From Verrucomicrobiota bacterium (lineage in GTDB: Bacteria > Verrucomicrobiota > Verrucomicrobiia > Opitutales > Coraliomargaritaceae), in contig JBCBZJ010000004.1 of NCBI GenBank assembly GCA_039815375.1, forward strand, positions 128,001 to 192,000: a stretch of 64,000 bases of DNA, given 5' to 3'. Below are positions 53,840 through 64,000 of this stretch, piece by piece (the stretch's first letter is position 1; each line of letters opens with the position of its first letter). The notes beneath the pieces were generated by a model. That model saw only the letters and a program-made list of their open reading frames with translations, was not told the DNA's origin and made no database searches. A program made the position numbers and the translations under genes.

Positions 53840-55201
53840 ATGCTTGAAAACCTGACAGATAAACTCGGCAACGCCTTACGCAACCTGCGTGGAACAGGCA
53901 AGCTGACCGAGGAAAACATGGCCGAGGCCTTAAAGGAAGTCCGGCAGGCTCTGCTCTCAGCTGATGTGCATTTCAAAGTGGCCCGGCAGTTTGTGGCCGA
54001 CGTTAAAGAACAGTGCGTCGGACAGGAAGTGTTGAAGTCGGTCACCCCTGGCCAGCAGGTCGTTAAGATCATCAACGACGAGCTTGCTAAACTACTCGGT
54101 GAGGGAACGACCGAGTTGGAAGATAAAAAGCCACTTCGCATCATGATGGTGGGGTTGCACGGCTCAGGTAAGACAACCAGTTCCGGAAAGCTCGCGCGCT
54201 ACCTTGCGAAAAAGCGCGACTATCGCCCCGCCCTAGTCGCATGCGATGTTTACCGACCCGCAGCGATCGATCAGCTCGAACTGCTGGCAACGAATGAGAG
54301 CTGCACATTCTACGGCGACCGAGAAGAGAAGGATGTCGTCAAAATCGGGAAGCGCGGTCTCGACGCAGCGAAGTCAGCCGACGCCAATCTCGTCATTTTC
54401 GATACCGCCGGCCGCCTGCAAATCGATGAAGACCTGATCGAAGAGATCAAGCAGCTGAAGCATGCCATCCAGCCCGATGAGGTGTTGCTCGTTGCCGATG
54501 CCGCGCTCGGTCAGGAAGCAGTGAATGTGGCGAAGCATTTCCACGAAGCCGTTCAGTGCACGGGTATCATCCTGACCAAGCTTGACGGCGATGCACGTGG
54601 TGGTGCGGCCCTCTCAATGAAGTCGATCTCCAATGTGCCGATTAAATTCATGGGCATTGGCGAAAAGCCGGATGAATTCGACGTCTTTCACCCGGATCGG
54701 ATGGCCTCCCGTATCCTCGGGATGGGTGATGTGGTATCTCTTGTTGAGAAGGCTCAGGAAACCATCGACGAAAAGGAGGCCGAGCGCATGGCTGAAAAAA
54801 TGCGCAAGGCAGATTTCAACCTCGAAGACTTTCTAGCCCAAATGCAGCAGGTTAAGAAAATGGGCTCCCTCAATTCGATCATGGGCATGATGCCGGGTAT
54901 GAGCGGTGTCGAAATCGGCGATGCAGAAGAAAAGAAAATGGCGCGGACCGAAGCCATAATTCAGTCCATGACCGTGCAGGAACGCCGGATGCCCCGTCTA
55001 CTTCGTGGCAGCCGCTTGAAGCGTATCGCCAATGGTTCCGGCGTGCAGGTCCGTGATGTCAACGCCCTACTAAAGCAATTCAATCAGATGCAGAAAATGA
55101 TGAAGATGATGCGGGGCGGCAAAGGCCGGAAGATGATGAAGGCAATGAAGGCACAAATGGGAGACGGCGGCGGGTTACCCGATCTCTCAGGACTAAAATG
55201 A
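53840..55201 (+). CDS. ffh: Signal recognition particle protein
   Basis: [19 protein letters not shown], Met-rich M domain. Confidence 0.97.
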   Translation: MLENLTDKLGNALRNLRGTGKLTEENMAEALKEVRQALLSADVHFKVARQFVADVKEQCVGQEVLKSVTPGQQVVKIINDELAKLLGEGTTELEDKKPLRIMMVGLHGSGKTTSSGKLARYLAKKRDYRPALVACDVYRPAAIDQLELLATNESCTFYGDREEKDVVKIGKRGLDAAKSADANLVIFDTAGRLQIDEDLIEEIKQLKHAIQPDEVLLVADAALGQEAVNVAKHFHEAVQCTGIILTKLDGDARGGAALSMKSISNVPIKFMGIGEKPDEFDVFHPDRMASRILGMGDVVSLVEKAQETIDEKEAERMAEKMRKADFNLEDFLAQMQQVKKMGSLNSIMGMMPGMSGVEIGDAEEKKMARTEAIIQSMTVQERRMPRLLRGSRLKRIANGSGVQVRDVNALLKQFNQMQKMMKMMRGGKGRKMMKAMKAQMGDGGGLPDLSGLK

Positions 55202-55244
55202 TTTGATTTACTAATACTAATACCATTTAAGCTTAATATAGCTT

Positions 55245-55525
55245 ATGGAATTAGCCCTTTTACTCTTCATTTTCGTGCTTGCGGCGTTCCTCGGCTTTGA
55301 GCTCATCTCCAAGGTGCCCTCGCAGCTGCATACCCCGCTGATGTCGGGTTCCAATGCAATTTCCGGCATCACTGTGGTCGGTGCGATTCTCGCCGTCAAT
55401 TTGGGCTCCGATCCGCTCAGCACTTGGATTGGTTTCGGTGCGATCGTTCTCGCCACAATCAACGTTGTCGGCGGCTACATGGTCACCGACCGCATGCTCG
55501 GTATGTTCAAGAAAAAGGACAGGTA

Positions 55526-55526
<1 letters not shown>
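55245..55526 (+). CDS. pntA: NAD(P) transhydrogenase alpha subunit part 2 (membrane portion)
   Basis: LHTPLMSGSNAISG, NVVGGYMVTDRML. Confidence 0.93.
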
Positions 55527-58107
<2,581 letters not shown>

Positions 58108-58714
58108 TCACGCTACCGGGACAAGCGGGCGAAGACAGTGCTCCGTTCATGCTCAAGCCGGTAGATTTCACTGCAGACATGGCGACAGAAGGCTCCAAAT
58201 TCGTTTTCGGTTATATCCGTCTTTTTACAAACGCGGAGGTTTTTGCCAAATTACTTACAACAACTGGATCGCACTGGCCCGGTGCCTGGCAGCTTATGCA
58301 AATGCTCTTTTGGACGATTGATAGTTATCTCCCAATCAACGGTATTTACACATCATCACGAACATCCCCAGCGAAGCAAAAGACAGACTAAATACTCTAT
58401 AAGACTGAGTCTGGGTGATACTACTGAGGAACCAAGCTAACAAACAGCAAAAACATACGGATATAAAGTATGAGCGACCGATCTGCATACGCTTTTTATT
58501 TCATTTTAATAAGGTTTAATGCCTACTTTCGGAATTCCAAAATTCAATTTTTAAATAGCGTTAAAAGTGGATAACTACGGCTTTAATACTGGAAACCTCG
58601 ACGATTAAGCCGACTACTCTCTTTAAGCAGGCTCGAACAAAGCCGGTTCGTAGCATATAACTATCAAATTTCACATTGCCAGCTGCAGCATCGAAGGACT
58701 TGTTTATCGCCTTC

Positions 58715-59194
58715 ATGAGCCTGTCGTCACCCAGTCAAACCAAGCTCGATGGTAGCAGTCTACGGATTGCGATCGTCGCTGCTCGCTACAATGAGACCTT
58801 GGTGGATGCTCTGGTTGAAAACGCCAGCAAGCATCTGCAGGACTCCGGCTGTGAGGTGCCAGTGATCCAGCGCGTGCCAGGCTCCGCCGAGTTGCCCTTT
58901 GCAGCCTCGATCATAGCAAAATCAGGTGCGTTTGATGCAATCATTGCAATCGGCATCGTTATCGCGGGTGACACGAACCACCACAACGTGATCGGAGATA
59001 GCACCGCCCGAACGCTCCAACAGCTGAGTATAGATTCCAGCCTGCCCATCATCAACGGGATCGTCGTAGTGGAAAATCAACAACAGGCCGAAGCCCGTGC
59101 AGGACAGGAAATTAATCGCGGCAAGGAGTTTGCCGAGGCAGCACTGGAGATGGAGGCCTACACAAGACAATGGAAGACCAAGAAAAACCCGTAA
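58715..59194 (+). CDS. ribH: 6,7-dimethyl-8-ribityllumazine synthase
   Basis: IVAARYN, VPGSAELP, GIVIAGDT.H, QQAEAR; upstream of nusB; start ATG 58715. Confidence 0.93.
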   Translation: MSLSSPSQTKLDGSSLRIAIVAARYNETLVDALVENASKHLQDSGCEVPVIQRVPGSAELPFAASIIAKSGAFDAIIAIGIVIAGDTNHHNVIGDSTARTLQQLSIDSSLPIINGIVVVENQQQAEARAGQEINRGKEFAEAALEMEAYTRQWKTKKNP

Positions 59195-59631
59195 AAAAGA
59201 CACCGCAACGGCGCGAGAACCGAAAGTGCGCGGTGCAATTTCTCTATCAGTGGGAGCTGAATAAACCGGAACAGCTCAACGATGCTTTGCGCGTCTTTAT
59301 CGAAAGTCAGGATCAGCCGCGTGACTATTACGCCTTTTCCGAAGAGCTCGTCCACGGCACACTGGAGAACATCGATATAGTCGACAAAGAGATTCTCGAA
59401 CATGCCGCCAACTGGAAGTTTGATCGTATTGCAAAAGTCGATCTGGCCATTCTGAGACTAGCCATCTACGAACTCTTGAATCGCAAAGACATTCCTCCAA
59501 TTGTGAGCATCAATGAAGCCATCGAGCTCGGTAAGATTTTCTCCAATCCAGACTCAAAGCGCTTCATTAACGGAATCCTTGACCAGATGAAGAACAAGAT
59601 CAACCGGCCCCTCCGGGAAGCAGCCGATTAA
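59170..59631 (+). CDS. nusB: Transcription antitermination factor NusB
   Basis: RRENRKCAVQFLYQ, ILRLAIYEL, INEAIEL, FINGILD. Confidence 0.95.
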   Translation: MEDQEKPVKKTPQRRENRKCAVQFLYQWELNKPEQLNDALRVFIESQDQPRDYYAFSEELVHGTLENIDIVDKEILEHAANWKFDRIAKVDLAILRLAIYELLNRKDIPPIVSINEAIELGKIFSNPDSKRFINGILDQMKNKINRPLREAAD

Positions 59632-59633
59632 AG

Positions 59634-60560
59634 ATGCGCGGACTCTTCAGGAAATTCAAGGAGGGCCTGAAGCGGCAAACGCCGACCTTCCAAAAGGCTT
59701 TTGATGGCGTCTTCACGGGTGCGAAGCTGGACGGCGATGCGCTGGAAGCCTTGGAAGAGGCTCTCTATACGGCAGACTTCGGAACCGAAACCGTTGAAGA
59801 GATCGTCGAAGAGATCGAAGTCGCCTACAAAGCCGATAAATCCATGCGCGGCGAAGACGCGGCCCGCATCGGCGCGAAGGTTCTACAACAGGTGCTCGAA
59901 GGCTCTGAAGGCCGTATTGATGTCGGCATGCACAAGCCCGAAGTCATTTGCCTCGTCGGTGTAAACGGTTCAGGCAAGACAACAACGTCAGCCAAGCTCG
60001 CAAACCTGTATCAGCAATCCGGATACAAAGTTATACTTGGTGCCTGCGATACGTTCCGTGCTGCGGCCAACGAACAAATCAAGCACTGGGCCGAACGCCT
60101 GAGCATCGACATTGTCGCAAGTCAGCACGGGGCTGACTCTGCAGCTGTTGCATTCGACGCCTACGAGGCGGCTCGAAGCCGTGCGTGTGACATCGTAATT
60201 CTGGATACAGCGGGGCGTCTTCACACCAAGAGCAACCTGATGAAGGAGCTTGAGAAGATGGGTCGCGTCATCAAAAAGCAGGATGAAAGTGCGCCACACC
60301 ACAGCTGGCTGGTGGTCGACGGAAGTCTCGGCTCCAACTCCATCGAGCAGGCACGAATCTTCCATCAAAGCTTTCCGCTTACGGGCCTCATCGTTACAAA
60401 ACTTGATGGAACCAGCCGCGGCGGTGCCATCGTTGGTATCTATCGCGAGCTCAGGCTGCCGATCTATTTTGTAGGCCTGGGAGAGCAACCGGATGACTTG
60501 CAACCTTTCTCTGCATCTGAATATGCTCAGGCTATCTTTGGAATCACCGATGAAAACTGA
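59634..60560 (+). CDS. ftsY: SRP receptor FtsY
   Basis: GVNGSGKTT, DTFRAAA, DTAGRL, TKLDGT. Confidence 0.96.
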   Translation: MRGLFRKFKEGLKRQTPTFQKAFDGVFTGAKLDGDALEALEEALYTADFGTETVEEIVEEIEVAYKADKSMRGEDAARIGAKVLQQVLEGSEGRIDVGMHKPEVICLVGVNGSGKTTTSAKLANLYQQSGYKVILGACDTFRAAANEQIKHWAERLSIDIVASQHGADSAAVAFDAYEAARSRACDIVILDTAGRLHTKSNLMKELEKMGRVIKKQDESAPHHSWLVVDGSLGSNSIEQARIFHQSFPLTGLIVTKLDGTSRGGAIVGIYRELRLPIYFVGLGEQPDDLQPFSASEYAQAIFGITDEN

Positions 60561-61638
60561 GTCGCTCACCGTTGAACTCGCATCGCGCGCCTACCCCATC
60601 CATTTCGACGGAGCTGTGGATGCTTTGAAGATGGACGTGCAGGCACTCCGCTCGGCCGGACGCAGCGTCCGCGTAATCAGCGATGCAAGGGTCCTCAATG
60701 CCCAGCCGGAATACCTCGCCCAAACAGGTTTCGAAGATAACGAAATCCTTTCCCTGCCTTCCGGAGAGAAAACCAAATCGGTCGAGCATTTCAGCCAAGC
60801 ACTAAGCTTCCTCGCCGAGCAAGCTTGCAGCCGTGACTGCGCTCTATTCGCTTTTGGCGGTGGGGTGATCGGAGACCTCGCGGGCTACGTCGCGGCCAGC
60901 TATCTGCGCGGCATTGATTTCTACCAGATCCCGACCACCTTGCTCTCAATGGTAGATAGCTCGGTAGGCGGCAAAACCGGAATCAATCTGCCCGAGGGCA
61001 AAAACCTCGTCGGCGCCTTTTGGCAACCGAAAGCCGTCTACATAGATACGGTGCTTCTGAAAAGCCTGCCCGAACGTGAATTTGCTGCCGGAATGGCCGA
61101 AGTGATTAAATATGGCCTACTCGCGGACACCGAGTTGCTCACTGAAATAGAAAATTACGGAGGGCTCAAAGCCGAATCGGCGGAGTTGTCTGACGTCGTG
61201 CGCCGTTGTTGTGCAATCAAGGCTCAGGTCGTCGCTGACGATGAAGAGGAAACCGCCGGATCCAACGGACGTGCCCTCCTGAACCTCGGTCATACATTTG
61301 CACATGCGATTGAAAATGTTGCCGGCTATGGTGAATACCTTCACGGCGAAGCAGTTGCGATCGGCTTGGTCCTCGCAACGCACCTCTCAGTCGAGCTCGA
61401 ACAACTCCAGCCTGAATCGGTCGAGCGCGTCGAGAACATTGTCGCCAGCTACAACCTGCCGATCCGTCTGCAAAGCCACCTTCCAGTGGATCAGCTTATG
61501 GCAGCGATGCAGCGAGACAAGAAAACGCGCGCCGGAAAGCTTCGATTCGTGACCATGAAGGCCATGGGCGAGGCAATGACCAACGATGATGTCGATCCGA
61601 AACTGATCGAAGAAATTTGGGCAAAAGCGACCGCCTAG
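60550..61638 (+). CDS. aroB: 3-dehydroquinate synthase
   Basis: GGGVIGD, PTTLLSMVDSSVGGKT, LNLGHTFAH, HGEAV; start ATG 60550. Confidence 0.96.
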   Translation: MKTESLTVELASRAYPIHFDGAVDALKMDVQALRSAGRSVRVISDARVLNAQPEYLAQTGFEDNEILSLPSGEKTKSVEHFSQALSFLAEQACSRDCALFAFGGGVIGDLAGYVAASYLRGIDFYQIPTTLLSMVDSSVGGKTGINLPEGKNLVGAFWQPKAVYIDTVLLKSLPEREFAAGMAEVIKYGLLADTELLTEIENYGGLKAESAELSDVVRRCCAIKAQVVADDEEETAGSNGRALLNLGHTFAHAIENVAGYGEYLHGEAVAIGLVLATHLSVELEQLQPESVERVENIVASYNLPIRLQSHLPVDQLMAAMQRDKKTRAGKLRFVTMKAMGEAMTNDDVDPKLIEEIWAKATA

Positions 61639-63089
61639 AGCTTAATCACAACAAATCGCTTGCTCCCCTCGAACCAGATATAGAGTCGGTTAATACCTTC
61701 TTTAAGCAGGTTCTCTACATCCTCGGGCTGATCTACTTTTTCCCCATTTACTTCAAGGATAACATTGAGTCGCTCAAGCTTTTCGAAGAATGGTGAGTCA
61801 CCTTCCACTACGGCGACAAACAAACCTTCGATTTCGTCTGGAATGGAGAATTCCTCCCGTATCTCTTCGTCGATCTCACGAAGCAAGACACCTTTGATAA
61901 GATCAGGTTCGGCATCTACAGGGTTTCCATCCAGAGAACCAAGTGTTACCGGAATCTCCATTGTTTTGCCCTGTCGGATCAAAGTGACCATGACTTTGCT
62001 CCCAGGCAGCATCTGTGAAACTACGAGACGGAGCTGCTGAGCCGATTCAATTTCGATTTCGTCAATAAATGTAATGATATCACCGTGCTCGATCCCAGCC
62101 TGCTGGGCCGGTGAATCCTCTTGAACCTGATTGACCAATGCACCCTTCATGCTCTCGCGACCGAAAGCATCGGCGAGATCACGATTCAGATTACCTGGAA
62201 ACAAGCCCAACATGCCACGCGGCACTGCTCCACTTTCCACCAGATTCTCTGTTACATTTAACGCCATGTTGACAGGGATCGCAAAACCGATGCCGATGCT
62301 GCCGCCCGTTCCCGAGACGATTGCCGTATTGATGCCGATGAGCCGTCCCCAAGCATCGATTAAAGCACCTCCCGAATTACCAAAGTTAATCGCTGCGTCG
62401 GTTTGAATGAAATTCTCGTAAGAGCCGGGCCCAAGAACTCGACCTCCTTGATCACGACCGACTGCGGAAACGATTCCTTGCGTTGCCGTCATCCCGATGT
62501 CGAGGGGGTTTCCAATCGCAAAGACCACGTCGCCAACGCGAAGCTTATCGCTATCGGCGAGGGTCAGCGCTGGTAAAACTTCTTCAGCTTCAATCTTCAG
62601 GACAGCCACATCGGTCTTTTGATCTGAACCAACCAATTCTGCTTCATACTCGCGCCCATCGCTTAGTTGGACCCGAATCTCATCAGCCTGGCGACCACGC
62701 ATCCCCTGAACAACGTGATGATTCGTGATGATGTAACCCTCCGGAGAAATCACCACACCGGAGCCAGCACCGAGCTCCTGTCGACGCTCGCGTGGCGCTT
62801 CATCCTCTTCGCTACTATCAGATTCGGGCAATCCGAACTGGCGACGCCAGAAATCAGGAAGCTGTTGTCGACCGGAAGGTCTTCGGTCTGTGATAATTTG
62901 AGCGGTATAGACAGCAACCACCGAAGGCGTTGCCTTGTCCAGGACGTCAGCATACGAAACAAGCGGACCGTTCTTGCCAGAATGAATCTGTTTATCATCG
63001 ACATCCACGCGCAATTCCGGGGCGTCATCTCCATGGAGTAGTTGAAATGCGGATACGACAATGAGCGTGAGATAGACCTGAATCTTCAT
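61635..63089 (-). CDS. HtrA/DegP/DegQ family serine protease with PDZ domains
   Basis: GSGVV, TNHHV, DVAVL, TDAAINFGNSGG, PDZ domains. Confidence 0.94.
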   Translation of the reverse strand: MKIQVYLTLIVVSAFQLLHGDDAPELRVDVDDKQIHSGKNGPLVSYADVLDKATPSVVAVYTAQIITDRRPSGRQQLPDFWRRQFGLPESDSSEEDEAPRERRQELGAGSGVVISPEGYIITNHHVVQGMRGRQADEIRVQLSDGREYEAELVGSDQKTDVAVLKIEAEEVLPALTLADSDKLRVGDVVFAIGNPLDIGMTATQGIVSAVGRDQGGRVLGPGSYENFIQTDAAINFGNSGGALIDAWGRLIGINTAIVSGTGGSIGIGFAIPVNMALNVTENLVESGAVPRGMLGLFPGNLNRDLADAFGRESMKGALVNQVQEDSPAQQAGIEHGDIITFIDEIEIESAQQLRLVVSQMLPGSKVMVTLIRQGKTMEIPVTLGSLDGNPVDAEPDLIKGVLLREIDEEIREEFSIPDEIEGLFVAVVEGDSPFFEKLERLNVILEVNGEKVDQPEDVENLLKEGINRLYIWFEGSKRFVVIKL

Positions 63090-63159
63090 TATTATTGATA
63101 TAAAGGTGTTTTGGCTATCTTCAACGACAGAGGACGGATAAAGAGGTTCCTGTTTGAAA

Positions 63160-63858
63160 TCAAAATGGATGACAAACCCAGTCTTCCGCCCCCTCGATAC
63201 CGAGCGTCGTCCTCAGGCGCCAGGCAACTACAAGGGCGGCGGCAAAGGCAACCACACGCTGAATCCTAAGTAGCGTGCCAGGTGTTACGCGTTTGTTCAT
63301 CCGCATAAACTGGCTCTGGGCCAGCCAAAGAAGTGGCAAAGTGCCCAAACCGAAGCCGAGCGCAAATTCTGCTCCCTTCAGAGTAGAACCGGAAAAAAGC
63401 GCGAGTCCGAAGATCATGTAGAGCGGACCACAGGGCAGTAGCGGACTTGCAAAGCCAATCAATCCGGCAGCTAGGGGTTTGCTCAACTTGCGAAAACGCA
63501 CAGTAGCTTGCCCGTAGAAAGTCCCCAGCCATTTCGGCTTAGGAAAGAAACGGTTCAGGCGAAAAGCTACAGTCAGGAAGAAAACAACTAAAATCCAGGG
63601 GAGTAAACTCAGCCAGGAGGCTTCGACGAACCGCAGCACGACCGATCCAAAGGCACCTGCCAAAGCACCGACAAGAGAGTAAGAAAGAAGCTTGGAGAGA
63701 TGGTAACTTGTCAGGATGACGGCAGGCTCCGAATCGCCGGGCCGATCGGGCGTAAACGCGCAGGAGAGCGGGCCGCACATGGCCACACAATGGACACTTG
63801 TGACAAGGCCTGCGACAAGCGCCGTGTAGGCGTTGTAAACTGTAAGGTGGTCAAACAT
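63160..63858 (-). CDS. Sulfite exporter TauE/SafE / DsbD_2-like membrane protein (cbb3 oxidase maturation type)
   Basis: HCVAMCGP, LLPCG, FGLGTLP; start ATG 63858. Confidence 0.85.
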   Translation of the reverse strand: MFDHLTVYNAYTALVAGLVTSVHCVAMCGPLSCAFTPDRPGDSEPAVILTSYHLSKLLSYSLVGALAGAFGSVVLRFVEASWLSLLPWILVVFFLTVAFRLNRFFPKPKWLGTFYGQATVRFRKLSKPLAAGLIGFASPLLPCGPLYMIFGLALFSGSTLKGAEFALGFGLGTLPLLWLAQSQFMRMNKRVTPGTLLRIQRVVAFAAALVVAWRLRTTLGIEGAEDWVCHPF

Positions 63859-64000
63859 CAAAAAACCAGAATCAAACCGTATAGAACACAAAGTGAGAAT
63901 TCTTGCGAGCCATCGAGCTATTCTGAAAAAAATCCAGAAGCGACTTAAAAATCCGCAACTTGAGCCACGACAAAGCTAACCTTATTAAGTTTATGCTATA

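Overview
Bacterial chromosomal window. The protein sequences look like Verrucomicrobiota (Opitutia/Coraliomargarita-like); this is my recognition, not a database result. Positions 1-28997 hold a Wzx/Wzy exopolysaccharide locus built as two convergent operons, with a full signalling circuit embedded in it: H-NOX, a PAS hybrid kinase, a REC-DHp pseudo-kinase, an RsbW-GAF-PP2C bifunctional enzyme, a single REC, a free STAS protein, a WecB/TagA glycosyltransferase fused to two STAS domains, and a sensor-less sigma54 activator. The locus also carries a nucleotide-handling set (Pol-beta-fold nucleotidyltransferase, cytoplasmic alkaline-phosphatase-superfamily enzyme, CBS-pyrophosphatase, uridine kinase). 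Next come a TPP riboswitch with a TonB-dependent receptor, two Hsp20 genes behind a sigma54-type promoter, rpsU, yggS, a LysR regulator and an M16 peptidase. An accessory island (about 39.4-47.8 kb) contains ada/ogt, panB and a degenerate array of integron attC sites with no integrase in view, including a gene-less cassette with a compensatory GAT/ATC core. The rest is mostly housekeeping: lipB, lipA, pyrD, ffh, pntA-part2/pntB, tgt, ribH, nusB, ftsY, aroB, a degP/Q protease and a TauE-like membrane protein. The best candidate for an undescribed system is the NO-responsive partner-switching circuit, which may act directly on the STAS-fused glycosyltransferase. No rRNA, tRNA, CRISPR array, transposase or integrase was recognised.
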